64,000 bases of DNA, from contig JAFLUP010000001.1 of NCBI GenBank assembly GCA_022508745.1, positions 3,912 through 67,911 on the forward strand. The letters are read 5' to 3'. Shown one piece after another: positions 52,461 to 62,023 of this stretch; position 1 is the stretch's first letter, and every line of letters begins with the position of its first letter. This DNA comes from Oscillospiraceae bacterium. GTDB lineage: Bacteria; Bacillota; Clostridia; Oscillospirales; CAG-382. The notes beneath the pieces are model-generated. The model ran no database searches. It was given only the letters and a program-made list of their open reading frames with translations, and was not told the DNA's origin. Made by a program: the position numbers and the translations under genes.

Positions 52461-54005
52461 ATGAACCCTATCTTGAGTGCATCGGTTGCGGCCGTCGCCG
52501 CTGCCGTGGTGTTTTTCATTCTTGGGTACATTGTTCGGAAGACTTCTGCAGAAAAGACCATCCGATCCGCTGAAGCGGAAGCGAAACGTCTGCTGGAAGA
52601 GGGCAAAAAAGAGGCTGAAGCCGCGAAAAAAGAGATCCTCGTAGAAGCGAAAGACGAAGCGTTTAAGATCAAGAACGACGCCGAGCGGGAAGCAAAGGAA
52701 CGCCGGGTCGAGGTGCAGCGTCAGGAACGCAGAGTTTCCCAGAAAGAGGAAAATCTGGATCGCAAGCTGGAAAATCTGGAACGGAAAGAGGAACAGCTGA
52801 ACAATAAGATCAAGGCAAACGATGCGGAAAAGGAAAAGATCGAACAGAGCATCGCCCAGCAGAACGAGCTGCTGCAGCAGATCGCGCAGATGACGGTGGA
52901 GGAAGCGCGTGACGTGCTGATGGACCGCGTGGAAACTGAAACGCGGCACGATATGGCGATGCGGATCTCCGCACTGGAAGCGGAATATAAAGACATTGCC
53001 GAGGATAAGGCGAAAAATCTCATCGCGCTGGCCATCCAGCGCTACGCGGCGGACAGCGTTTCCGAGCAGACGGTTTCTGTCGTGGATCTTCCCAATGACG
53101 AAATGAAGGGCCGCATCATCGGCCGCGAGGGGCGCAACATCCGCGCCATCGAGACGCTCACCGGCGTGGATCTGATCATCGACGATACGCCGGAGGCCAT
53201 CGCCATCTCCACCTTCGACCCGGTTCGCCGGGAAGTGGCAAGACTGGCGCTGGAAAAGCTGGTCTCCGACGGGCGGATCCATCCTTCCCGCGTGGAGGAT
53301 ATGGTGGAGAAGTGCCGCAAGGAAGTGGACGCCGCCATCAAGAAGGCGGGGGAACAGGCGACCTTCGAAACCGGTATTCACGGTCTGCATCCGGAACTGA
53401 TCAAGCTTCTGGGACGGCTGAAATACCGCACCAGCTACGGGCAGAACGTGCTGCGCCATTCCATCGAGGTCTCCCTGCTTTCCGGGATGATCGCTTCGGA
53501 GCTGGGCGTGGACGTTGCCATGGCGAAGCGCGCGGGGCTGCTGCATGACATCGGTAAATCCATGACCCATGAGGTGGACGGTTCCCACGTGCAGATCGGT
53601 GTGGACGTGGCGCGTAAATACAAGGAATCCAAGGAAGTGCTCCATGCCATCGAGTCCCATCACGGCGATGTGGAGCCCAATACCTATATCGCCATGATCG
53701 TGCAGGCGGCGGACGCCATCTCTGCGGCGCGTCCCGGCGCACGGCGCGAGAATCTGGAAAACTACATCAAGCGTCTGCAAAAGCTGGAGGAGATCGCAAG
53801 CTCCTTCAAGGGCATCGAAAAGGCGTTTGCCATTCAGGCGGGTCGAGAGATCCGCATCATGGTCAAGCCGGACGAGGTCTCCGACGACGAGATGCTCTTC
53901 CTCGCCCGCGATATTGCGCGGAAGGTGGAATCGGAGCTGGAGTATCCCGGGCAGATCAAGATCAACGTGGTGCGGGAGACGCGCCAGAGCGAATACGCAA
54001 AATAG
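52461..54005 (+). CDS. rny: ribonuclease Y
   Basis: 514 aa. N-terminal TM helix, coiled coil, KH motif [15 protein letters not shown] motif LLHDIGK. Confidence 0.95.
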   Translation: MNPILSASVAAVAAAVVFFILGYIVRKTSAEKTIRSAEAEAKRLLEEGKKEAEAAKKEILVEAKDEAFKIKNDAEREAKERRVEVQRQERRVSQKEENLDRKLENLERKEEQLNNKIKANDAEKEKIEQSIAQQNELLQQIAQMTVEEARDVLMDRVETETRHDMAMRISALEAEYKDIAEDKAKNLIALAIQRYAADSVSEQTVSVVDLPNDEMKGRIIGREGRNIRAIETLTGVDLIIDDTPEAIAISTFDPVRREVARLALEKLVSDGRIHPSRVEDMVEKCRKEVDAAIKKAGEQATFETGIHGLHPELIKLLGRLKYRTSYGQNVLRHSIEVSLLSGMIASELGVDVAMAKRAGLLHDIGKSMTHEVDGSHVQIGVDVARKYKESKEVLHAIESHHGDVEPNTYIAMIVQAADAISAARPGARRENLENYIKRLQKLEEIASSFKGIEKAFAIQAGREIRIMVKPDEVSDDEMLFLARDIARKVESELEYPGQIKINVVRETRQSEYAK

Positions 54006-54022
54006 AGTCACTTCGTTCCCGC

Positions 54023-54153
54023 CGCAACTCACTACGTTCGTTGCGCCGAATTGCGGTTCCGTTCGCTCGCGCCTTCGCGCCAAAACGCTTCGCGTTTTGA
54101 CACTCGCGGAACCGTAAGGTATGTTCGGCGCGGCACATGTCCGCACCGAACAT
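54023..54153 (+). promoter_or_regulatory. structured rny-ymdB spacer with mutually exclusive helices
   Basis: GCGCCGAA(54043-50)/TTCGGCGC(54124-31) and CGGTTCCG(54054-61)/CGGAACCG(54107-14) enclose hairpin CAAAACGC-TTC-GCGTTTTG (54081-99). TTCGGCGC is also the 5' arm of the terminator hairpin 54121-54153. Confidence 0.45.
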
Positions 54154-54175
54154 GGAATTTTATTGTATTTGTTCT
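54121..54175 (+). terminator. terminator-like hairpin between rny and ymdB
   Basis: 13-bp stem ATGTTCGGCGCGG / CCGCACCGAACAT (one C-A mismatch) with loop CACATGT, followed by GGAATTTTATTGTATTTG. Confidence 0.55.
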
Positions 54176-54222
54176 CTATCTTTTCTCCCCAAAAGGGGAA
54201 AACGGTCGCAGGAGGGCTTGCT

Positions 54223-54999
54223 TTGAAAATACTGGCGATCGGCGATGTATATGGCAAAGCGGGAGTCGAGTGTATTACGGAACGTCTGCGCAAGCTGCGC
54301 GGGCGGGAAGGCGCCGAGCTGGTGATCGTCAACGGCGAAAACTGTGCGCCGGGCAACGGCATGGATCTGCGGGGCGCGAAAGCGCTGCTGGAAGCCGGAG
54401 CGGACGTCCTCACCGGCGGAAATCACAGCCTGCGCCAAAGCAGCTGCTTCGGTCTTCTGGAGGAAGATCCCTGCGTGCTGCGCCCGCTGAACTTCCCGGA
54501 CATTGCGCCGGGCAAGGGGTACTGCATCCTGCGTGCCTCTCAAGGGCTGCGGGTACTGGTCATCAATGCGCAGGGGCAGGTGTATCTGGACGCCACGGTG
54601 GACAATCCCTTTACCGCCACGGAGCGGCTGCTTGACAAGCTGAAGGGGCAGTATGACTTCGCCGTGTGCGATTTCCACGCGGAAGCGACCAGCGAAAAAG
54701 CCGCGTTTGCATCCTGCTTTGACGGGCGAATCGCCGCCATCTGGGGCACACACACCCATGTGCAGACGGCGGACGAACGGATCCTGCCGAAGGGCAGCGG
54801 GTTCATCAGCGATCTGGGGATGTGCGGCGTAGAGGATTCCATCATCGGCACCCGTGCCGAACAGGTGGTGCAGTATTATCGGACGCATATCCGCACTCGC
54901 TATGAAGCGGCGGAGGGTAAGACGGTGCTTTGCGGCGCGGTCTTTGAGATCTCCCCTTCTGATGGGCGCTGTGTGTCGGTGAAGCGGATTCGGGAGTGA
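54223..54999 (+). CDS. ymdB: YmdB-type (TIGR00282-like) metallophosphoesterase
   Basis: TTG 54223 lies 6 nt after GCAGGAGGG and gives LKILAIGDVYG, matching YmdB N-termini. Also NGEN, GNH, DFHAEATSEK, GTHTHVQTAD. Confidence 0.92.
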   Translation: MKILAIGDVYGKAGVECITERLRKLRGREGAELVIVNGENCAPGNGMDLRGAKALLEAGADVLTGGNHSLRQSSCFGLLEEDPCVLRPLNFPDIAPGKGYCILRASQGLRVLVINAQGQVYLDATVDNPFTATERLLDKLKGQYDFAVCDFHAEATSEKAAFASCFDGRIAAIWGTHTHVQTADERILPKGSGFISDLGMCGVEDSIIGTRAEQVVQYYRTHIRTRYEAAEGKTVLCGAVFEISPSDGRCVSVKRIRE

Positions 55000-55062
55000 C
55001 AGTTGCGCATCGCGCAAAGATAGCGAAAGGTATAGTTGTAACGCAGAAAGAAAGGGTCATTC

Positions 55063-55467
55063 ATGAACAGATTGTATTCGATTTTCAGGCTGTTGGACGA
55101 CGGGGCGGGAGAATCAGCGGGCGCGCTTTCCCTGCTTCCCATGATCGCCATGATCGTGGTATTGGTGGTGGTGTTTTACTTCTTCCTGTACCGTCCGCAG
55201 AAAAAGCAGGAGCGCGAGACGACCGCTATGCGCAACTCCATCGAGCTGGGGGACGTGATCTCCACGGTGGGCGGTCTGATAGGCGTAGTCGTTCGCATCA
55301 AGGATGAGATGCTGCTGATCGAGACCGGCGCGGATCGCACCCGTTTGCAGGTGATGAAATGGGCGGTGCGCGGCATCGAGGAAAAGGCGCATCCGGTAGC
55401 GGAAACGGAGAAGAGCGGCACCAAGGCCGTGGAGAAATCTTCGGAAAAGCCGAAGCTGAAAAAATAG
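55063..55467 (+). CDS. yajC: preprotein translocase subunit YajC
   Basis: 134 aa. TM helix, then YRPQKKQ...LGDVISTVGGLIGVV. Confidence 0.85.
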   Translation: MNRLYSIFRLLDDGAGESAGALSLLPMIAMIVVLVVVFYFFLYRPQKKQERETTAMRNSIELGDVISTVGGLIGVVVRIKDEMLLIETGADRTRLQVMKWAVRGIEEKAHPVAETEKSGTKAVEKSSEKPKLKK

Positions 55468-55482
55468 GAGCTGACGAGGAGT

Positions 55483-55523
55483 AAGCATACAGGGAATCCC
55501 ACATAGGTATTCTTTGTATGCTT
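55483..55523 (+). terminator. stem-loop after yajC (possible terminator)
   Basis: AAGCATACA...TGTATGCTT 9-bp stem with a 23-nt loop, followed by CTTGCTT. Confidence 0.35.
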
Positions 55524-55610
55524 CTTGCTTATCGCGATTGATCGCGAGGGGATCCATCGGTCCTTGCCTCGGGGGCAGGGGCAAACAGGAAGAAAGGAAG
55601 GGACTTTTCC

Positions 55611-56837
55611 ATGAACAAAACTATGCAAAGAAAGTACGCGCGTCTTTTGGTACGCGCGGGGGTCAATATCCAGAAGGGACAGACGTTGATCGTCCGCGCC
55701 CAGACGGAAAGCTACCCGTTCATCGAACTGCTGACGGACGAGGCTTACAAGGCGGGCGCCGGCGACGTACAGATCGAATGGAGCAACCAGACGCTCAGCC
55801 GTCTGCACTATCGTCACCGCAGCGTCACAGCGCTCTCCCGGGTGCATCCGTGGGAGGAAGCGAAGATGAAGGAGGAGTCCGAGCAGCTTCCTGCCGCCAT
55901 CCGCCTGGTATCGGAGGATCCGGACGGACTGCGCGGCATCAATCAGGAAAAACTTAAGAAGGTGCGGCAGAAGCGCTACCCCATCCTGCGCCCCTATCAG
56001 GAGCAAATGGAGAACAAATACCAGTGGCTGGTGGCAGCCATTCCGGGCAAGGCGTGGGCGAAGAAGATGTTCCCCGGTCTGCGCACCTCCGCCGCGGTGG
56101 AGAAGCTCTGGGAAGCTATTTTTGAAGCCTGCCTTGTCACCAAGGACAACGATCCCGTCGCCGCATGGGAGGAAAAGGACCGGCTGATGGAGGAAAAGAG
56201 CCGCGTGCTCAACGCTTGCCGGTTCGATTATCTGGAGTACAAGAACGCCCTCGGCACGGATTTCCGCTGCCATTTGATGCCCCGTTCCCTTTGGTGCGCA
56301 GGCGGCGAAAAGACGTTGGGCGGCGTGTTCTTCAACCCGAATATGCCCACCGAGGAGGTCTTTACCACTCCCATGAAGGGCAAGTGCGAGGGACGGCTGG
56401 TGGCTTCCATGCCGCTTTCCTATCAGGGCGTGCTGATCGAGGGGTTCTATATCGACTACAAGGACGGCAAAGCTGTCGCGTGGGACGCAAAGGTGGGCAA
56501 AGAAGCGCTGGACGGCATCCTGCAATCCGACGAAGGCGCGAAGATGCTGGGCGAACTGGCACTGGTGCCGGTGAACTCTCCCATCAGCCGGCAGGGATTG
56601 CTGTACTACTGCACCCTGTTCGACGAGAACGCCAGCTGTCACGTTGCCATCGGACGGGGATACACCAACTGCGTCGAGGGCTTTGAGGACATGACTCGGG
56701 AGGAGCTGCTTGACATGGGGGTCAACGACTCCCAAGTACACGTGGACTTCATGATCGGAACGCCGGATCTGACCATCACCGGCTGGAAAGACGGAAAAGC
56801 AACGCCGGTCTTTGTGAACGGCGATTGGGCAATATAG
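55611..56837 (+). CDS. M29-family aminopeptidase (AmpS/PepS-like)
   Basis: 408 aa. N-terminus KYARLLVRAGVNIQKGQ, plus EEVFTTP and VHVDFMIG. Confidence 0.87.
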   Translation: MNKTMQRKYARLLVRAGVNIQKGQTLIVRAQTESYPFIELLTDEAYKAGAGDVQIEWSNQTLSRLHYRHRSVTALSRVHPWEEAKMKEESEQLPAAIRLVSEDPDGLRGINQEKLKKVRQKRYPILRPYQEQMENKYQWLVAAIPGKAWAKKMFPGLRTSAAVEKLWEAIFEACLVTKDNDPVAAWEEKDRLMEEKSRVLNACRFDYLEYKNALGTDFRCHLMPRSLWCAGGEKTLGGVFFNPNMPTEEVFTTPMKGKCEGRLVASMPLSYQGVLIEGFYIDYKDGKAVAWDAKVGKEALDGILQSDEGAKMLGELALVPVNSPISRQGLLYYCTLFDENASCHVAIGRGYTNCVEGFEDMTREELLDMGVNDSQVHVDFMIGTPDLTITGWKDGKATPVFVNGDWAI

Positions 56838-56864
56838 GCAATTTGCTTGAAAGGACGGTTTGAA

Positions 56865-57227
56865 ATGGAAGAACTGCGGGAAGAATTGCGGGAACTGACG
56901 GACGCCGCGGCGGTCCTGTTGGATGACAGGCTCTACACCTTCGAAAGCTATCGCGCGTTGGTGCAGGCAGTGGCGTATGCGAAGGTGATGCTCGCCAATG
57001 AAGCGGCGGAAGAAGAAACGCTGCGGGGCGCGTACACGGGGCTTTGCGAGGCAGTGGATGGAATGGAGCTTCGGGAAACCGAGCCGCAAGCGTCCGAACA
57101 AGCCAAAGGGAAGCGGGAAGGACTGAAGAAAAAAGCGTTCCCGTACCTGCTGGGCGGCGCGGCGCTGGGCGGTCTGCTGCTGGGGAAGAAGTTGTTCGGT
57201 AAAAAGAAGAAAGACGAGGATGAGTAA
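56865..57227 (+). CDS. small tail-anchored membrane protein
   Basis: 120 aa from ATG 56865 (AAAGGA upstream). Helical N-terminal domain, C-terminal TM FPYLLGGAALGGLLLG and a Lys-rich tail. Confidence 0.55.
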   Translation: MEELREELRELTDAAAVLLDDRLYTFESYRALVQAVAYAKVMLANEAAEEETLRGAYTGLCEAVDGMELRETEPQASEQAKGKREGLKKKAFPYLLGGAALGGLLLGKKLFGKKKKDEDE

Positions 57228-57229
57228 GC

Positions 57230-58039
57230 ATGAAACTGGGGATTCAACTGTATTCGGTGCGGGACGACGCGGCGCAGGATCTTTCCGGGACGCTGCGGGC
57301 GCTCGCTGCGATGGGATATGACGGCGTGGAGCTGGCAGGGCTGTACGGAAAAACTCCCGAGGAAGTGCGGGATCTGGCGCAGGAGGTCGGGCTGACGGTC
57401 ATCTCTGCCCATGTGGGGCTTGCGGAGTTCCGGCAGGGCGTGGCGGAGACCGTGTCGCGGTACCGCACGGCGGGCTGCCGTTATATCGCCATTCCGCATC
57501 TGGCCGCGGAGGATCGCCCGGACGGGGCAAACTTCCCGCAGGCCGCGAAGGAGATCGCCGCCATCGCGGAGGAATGTGCAAAACAGGGGTTGACCCTGCT
57601 GTACCACAACCATGACTTTGAATTTGCCAAATTGCCGGACGGGCGCACCGAGCTGGAAGCGCTGTACGCCTGCGCGCCGGAAACGCTGCTGCAAACGGAG
57701 ATCGACGTCTGCTGGGTCAACATCGTGGGCGTGGACCCGGCGGCGCTTCTTCGGAAGTATGCCGGCCGTGCGCCGCTGGTGCATCTCAAAGACTCCGTCG
57801 GGGATCGTTCGGCAGAGCATTACGAAAGCCTGGGGATCGACCATCGTCCCGCGCCGGACGCCGCACCTTTCTCCTTCCGCTCGGTGGGAAGCGGGACGGT
57901 CAACGTTCCCGCGGTGATCGACGCGGCGAAGGAAGCGGGTGCTTCTTGGCTGATCGTCGAGCACGACGAGCCCGCGGAGGGGCAGACGGCGATGGAAACC
58001 GCGCGCCTTTCTGCGCAGTACGTTCGTTCTGTTCTGTAA
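57230..58039 (+). CDS. sugar phosphate isomerase/epimerase (xylose isomerase-like TIM barrel)
   Basis: 269 aa. MKLGIQLYSVRD...GYDGVEL...HNHDFEF...EHD pattern. Confidence 0.85.
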   Translation: MKLGIQLYSVRDDAAQDLSGTLRALAAMGYDGVELAGLYGKTPEEVRDLAQEVGLTVISAHVGLAEFRQGVAETVSRYRTAGCRYIAIPHLAAEDRPDGANFPQAAKEIAAIAEECAKQGLTLLYHNHDFEFAKLPDGRTELEALYACAPETLLQTEIDVCWVNIVGVDPAALLRKYAGRAPLVHLKDSVGDRSAEHYESLGIDHRPAPDAAPFSFRSVGSGTVNVPAVIDAAKEAGASWLIVEHDEPAEGQTAMETARLSAQYVRSVL

Positions 58040-58056
58040 TCCGTAGCAAACAAAAG

Positions 58057-58084
58057 CGGCAGGGAAGCTCCCTGCCGTTTTTTT
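58057..58084 (+). terminator. intrinsic terminator after the sugar-phosphate isomerase gene
   Basis: CGGCAGGGA-AGC-TCCCTGCCG followed by TTTTTTT. Confidence 0.85.
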
Positions 58085-58112
58085 GTGTGTGAAGAAACCT
58101 TGCGCTGAAGCG

Positions 58113-59213
58113 CTACGCGTTCTTGTCGGTCTTGCGGTGTTCGCGGCGTTTCCGCATGGCGTTGCCGACGGTGGCGATCAGGAAGATGGACCCGCAGAAC
58201 AGCAGGCAGACATAGAAGGAGATCCCGCGGGAGAGGAACTCCACGCAGGCGGTATCCGGGATCAGCTCCCGGAATCCATCCAGAAACAGCCCGTCCGAAA
58301 CCCCCACTGCGCCGGGAATGGGCACGGCGTTGGCGCCCAGCACCACAAACCCCTGGGTGACAAGCACCTCCCGGATCTGTTCCGGCGAACCGCCGATGGC
58401 AAGAAAAATGCAAAGGGTGACGCCGATGTTGCATAGCCGCTGCATCATGTTCAAAAGAAACACGCGGAACACTACGCCCTTTCCGTTTCGGAAGGTGTGG
58501 ATACATTCCCGGTATTCCTCCGCCATGTGGTGCAGGGATTCCCGCCGCTTTTCCACGTCCTTCAGCAGGTGCAGGCGGTGCAGAAGGGTCAGTCCCGCGC
58601 CTGCCACCCGCAGGATGATCTTTTCCTTCAAAATCAACAGCAGCAGCGCCGCAACGAACAGCGTTTGGATGAGGAATCCCGCCACGATCAGAACGCGGGA
58701 GGGGAAGGAAAAGGAAAAATATGCCGCAGGGCAGAAAAGGAAGCATAGGATCCCCACTACAAGGAGGGAAACGGTGTAGAGCATGACGTTGAGCAGCAGC
58801 ACCATCGTCGTCACCGCGCCGGGGATCTTATCCCCGAGCATGAACACCGCGCTGGCGGGCTGCCCGCCGGTGGCGGAGGGGGTGATGGCGGAGAAGTAGA
58901 TGTCCGCCGAGGAATAGATGGTATTGCGCCAGAAGGAGCGTTTGTGCCCGAGGAAGGTGGTCAAATGCCGCAGGCTCACCGCTTCGAACAGGATGAACCC
59001 GAACATACAAAGAAACGCACAGACGATCCAGAACGGGGATGCGCCCCGCAGCATGGCGCCCAGCTTTTCCTTGGAGAAATCATCGCTTCGGCAGGTGATC
59101 GCGTACAGAGTCAGCCCCACCAGAAGCAGGAAGACGAGGAACCAGATCACCCGATGTGCAGACAAGCGTCGCTTTGGCTGTTCCGTATTCGGTTGACGCG
59201 TCTCGTTTTGCAT
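58113..59213 (-). CDS. polytopic membrane protein, flippase-like / LPG-synthase-TM-like (UPF0104)
   Basis: 366 aa with ~8 TM helices. Family call is from general resemblance only. Confidence 0.6.
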   Translation of the reverse strand: MQNETRQPNTEQPKRRLSAHRVIWFLVFLLLVGLTLYAITCRSDDFSKEKLGAMLRGASPFWIVCAFLCMFGFILFEAVSLRHLTTFLGHKRSFWRNTIYSSADIYFSAITPSATGGQPASAVFMLGDKIPGAVTTMVLLLNVMLYTVSLLVVGILCFLFCPAAYFSFSFPSRVLIVAGFLIQTLFVAALLLLILKEKIILRVAGAGLTLLHRLHLLKDVEKRRESLHHMAEEYRECIHTFRNGKGVVFRVFLLNMMQRLCNIGVTLCIFLAIGGSPEQIREVLVTQGFVVLGANAVPIPGAVGVSDGLFLDGFRELIPDTACVEFLSRGISFYVCLLFCGSIFLIATVGNAMRKRREHRKTDKNA

Positions 59214-59246
59214 CAGAGAGGTTCCTTTCGTTTGTATTGGCAGGTT

Positions 59247-59936
59247 CTACGGCTCCCTGCGTTTGGAGAACAGGCGCCTTTCCAGCGCCGGGAAGATGCG
59301 GTCTGCGCGCAGTTCGCGGGACAGCCGCAACCCCGCTTCCGCCACGGCGACGCCTCCCAGCACATCCAAAAAGACGTGCTGCTTGACCAGCAGGGTGGAG
59401 GCGAACACCGCCAACGCCATGCTGACGCTGAACACCCGCCAAGCCGTCGGATGGTGCAGTTTTTGACAGCGGAACACACCGCGCACCACGATCCAGCTCT
59501 CCATACAATGGATGGAGGGGAACAGGTTATCCGGGGAATCCATATCGTAGACCAGCTGCGTCAGCCGGTCGAACACATTCGTCAGTTCAAAGCCGGAGGG
59601 ACGATCCGCCATTACGGTGGGGAGCAGGAGGAAGAACAGCAGGCAGAGCGCCTTCCCGATCAATTCGCCGGAAAACGCCCCGTAGCAGACCTCTTTTTCG
59701 TCCCGCGCGATGAGGAGGAACCCGATGGCCCAGAAGGCATAGGACCCCACGTAAATGGTGATCGCCCAGGTCTGAAAGGGGATCTTGCCATCCAGAAACG
59801 GGAGCGAAAGGTCGTAATGCGGCCAGCCGGAGGTGATCAGCCGGTTGCCGAAGTAAACGACGATATTAAACAGTACGCTGCAAAGGATAGGCAGGATGCC
59901 GTACAGAGGCAGGATGCGCGTCAGAAATCGCTTCAT
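59247..59936 (-). CDS. PAP2-superfamily phosphatase-like membrane protein
   Basis: Start at MKRFLTRILPLYG (59936). PAP2 C2/C3-like motifs FPSIHC and KQHVFLDVLGG. Confidence 0.72.
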   Translation of the reverse strand: MKRFLTRILPLYGILPILCSVLFNIVVYFGNRLITSGWPHYDLSLPFLDGKIPFQTWAITIYVGSYAFWAIGFLLIARDEKEVCYGAFSGELIGKALCLLFFLLLPTVMADRPSGFELTNVFDRLTQLVYDMDSPDNLFPSIHCMESWIVVRGVFRCQKLHHPTAWRVFSVSMALAVFASTLLVKQHVFLDVLGGVAVAEAGLRLSRELRADRIFPALERRLFSKRREP

Positions 59937-60091
59937 CGCTCGAAATCCCTTTCGGTCGCCCTCAAAAACAAAATATAGTTTATTATATCCCATCGGCAGG
60001 CGCTTGTCAAGAGAAATGGGAAAGCAATTGAACAAAAAAAGGGAAATGCGTGAACATTTCCCTTGCGTATTGTGTTTTTTCAGCGGAAGCT

Positions 60092-61051
60092 TTATAGATC
60101 CAGCAGGAACAGCTCAATCCCGTTCGCCACGGCGCGGGCGAAGGCGTTCTGCCACGCTTCGTTTTGCAGGTTCGCCCGGTCTATCGGGTTGGTGGCATAG
60201 CCGGATTCGATCAGCACCGAGGGCATATCCGGATATTTGTTGACTACGAAGGCTTCCGACCAGTCCCACGCGATCTTGCGACTTACCGTTTGCGGAAACG
60301 CCTGCTGCAACCCCTGTTCCAGCGCGTCCATCAGCAGGCTGGAGCGCCGGGCATAGGGGGTGTCCGTACAGCTGTAAAGCTCAAAGCCGGAGAGGGCGGT
60401 GGAGCTTTCGTTCGCGTTGACATGGATGGATACAAACAAGTCTGCAGGGGCTTTCGCGCCGGCGGAGAGCAGATTCGCGTAATGGGAGCGTTCGTAGATG
60501 CTGAACAGGTCGTCATCATTGATGCCGCTTTGGAAGCTGGCGACGATCTCCTCTTGCCTGGCGGGGTCTGCGCCGCTGTATTGCCCGACCAGCCGGTGGA
60601 GATATGCGTCCGCATCGTAGGAGAGGGAGGAAGCCAGCGCTTGCATCTCCGAACCGCTGGGGAAGCGCTGCCCGTCGTGGGTCTGCAGGACGGTGACGCC
60701 GTCCGCCTCCAGCGCTTCGCGAATCTTGGCGACCAGGATCGGCGTGATGTCCTTTTCCAGCAGGGAGCTGCCCGGAAAGGGACAGCCGGTGTCTCCGAAG
60801 CCGTGCCCCGGATCCAGCACCACGATCTTTCCGCGGAACGCCTCCTGCAGGGAGGAGACTTCCGGCTCCGTGAAGCTGGTTTCGTCGATCAGCGGGTTGT
60901 CAGCGATGGGCTGTCTGCTCACCGTCGGGGCGTCGGAGGGTTGTGCTTCCGGTTTCGGTTCCGTTTTCGGGAGGAGACAGCCGCCTGCGGAGAAGATCAG
61001 CGCGAAGCATAGCATGCCGAGCAGCACGGCTTTGCATAGGTTTTTTCTCAT
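60092..61051 (-). CDS. N-acetylmuramoyl-L-alanine amidase (Amidase_3) lipoprotein
   Basis: Start at MRKNLCK (RBS AAGGAAG). Lipobox FSAGGC. VLDPGHG, FVSIHVNA, VLIESGY. Confidence 0.87.
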   Translation of the reverse strand: MRKNLCKAVLLGMLCFALIFSAGGCLLPKTEPKPEAQPSDAPTVSRQPIADNPLIDETSFTEPEVSSLQEAFRGKIVVLDPGHGFGDTGCPFPGSSLLEKDITPILVAKIREALEADGVTVLQTHDGQRFPSGSEMQALASSLSYDADAYLHRLVGQYSGADPARQEEIVASFQSGINDDDLFSIYERSHYANLLSAGAKAPADLFVSIHVNANESSTALSGFELYSCTDTPYARRSSLLMDALEQGLQQAFPQTVSRKIAWDWSEAFVVNKYPDMPSVLIESGYATNPIDRANLQNEAWQNAFARAVANGIELFLLDL

Positions 61052-61176
61052 GAAGAACACTTCCTTTGGAGTGGTTTGCGTGTTCATTGTAGCACTCCGC
61101 TTTGCAGGAAGTCAGCATCAAGTTGTCAAAAAGTTGTAAAAGGCAGAAAAAACCCGGCTTTCGCCGGGTTTTCCAG

Positions 61177-62019
61177 TTATCGGTCGATTTGGATGCTGAT
61201 GCCGTAAACGGTTTGGTACACAGGGTTGTAAAGCAGGGTGACAACGCCATCCCTGCCTTTGAAGGTGCAATAGACGGCAGGCCCTTTCCGGTTGATCTCG
61301 CATACGCCCGTCTCGTACAGCAGCATGGCGCGGCTGTAGGAATCGTAATCGCTTTCCAGAGCAGCGCAAACGTCCACAAAGCGCCACAGGAAGACGGCGA
61401 AGGGACTTCCGCTGTCCAAATACAGATCCCGTTTCTTCACCCATTCGGTCAGGGCGACCAGTCCCGCTTCCTCGGCGGAGGGGAGGGATTCCTCCCGGGG
61501 CGGTGGCTCCAGACTCATGAAGCAGACCTCCATGCCCTCCTGCGTTTCCTGGAACGCGAAGGAAAAGCGATAGGGCAGGAGACGCCCCGTATCGGCGATG
61601 GCTTCTCCCCGGCCGTCATCCTCCACGATGACGTAGGCGGAAGAACGTACCAGAACCTCCACGTTCCGGAATCCGTGCAGCGTTTGTGTTTCGTCGCAGA
61701 GGAATTCCGCTTCCTCCCAATCCACCGCGTGGAGCGAGAACTGCTCCGGGAGAAGCGGGTCCAGCAGATTGAACAGCACTTTGTCGCTCATGAATTTCTC
61801 GCCGTCGCTCCATGGAGTCGTCATGCGGTCCCATGGGTACAGCTCCGTTGCGGCGCTCTCCTCGGAGGGAAGGTCGGGCGCTGCATAGGAATGGGTTTCT
61901 CCCGTCCGATCCGGCAGGAGCGCCCGCGCGACGATAAAGAGCAGCGTGCTCGTGAGCAGGAGGATCGCGGTCGCCAACAGCGTTACGCCTGCCGTTTGCA
62001 GCGGTTTTTTCATACGCAT
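61177..62019 (-). CDS. hypothetical membrane-anchored protein
   Basis: 280 aa with an N-terminal TM helix. Starts 4 nt after the histidine kinase stop, so it is probably co-transcribed. Confidence 0.6.
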   Translation of the reverse strand: MRMKKPLQTAGVTLLATAILLLTSTLLFIVARALLPDRTGETHSYAAPDLPSEESAATELYPWDRMTTPWSDGEKFMSDKVLFNLLDPLLPEQFSLHAVDWEEAEFLCDETQTLHGFRNVEVLVRSSAYVIVEDDGRGEAIADTGRLLPYRFSFAFQETQEGMEVCFMSLEPPPREESLPSAEEAGLVALTEWVKKRDLYLDSGSPFAVFLWRFVDVCAALESDYDSYSRAMLLYETGVCEINRKGPAVYCTFKGRDGVVTLLYNPVYQTVYGISIQIDR

Positions 62020-62023
62020 TTCG

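Noticed and set aside
54121-54222. ATG 54121 as the ymdB start (track ORF 54121..54999)
   Set aside because: It lies inside the terminator-like hairpin with no SD. TTG 54223 follows GCAGGAGGG and yields the conserved YmdB N-terminus (KILAIGDVYG).
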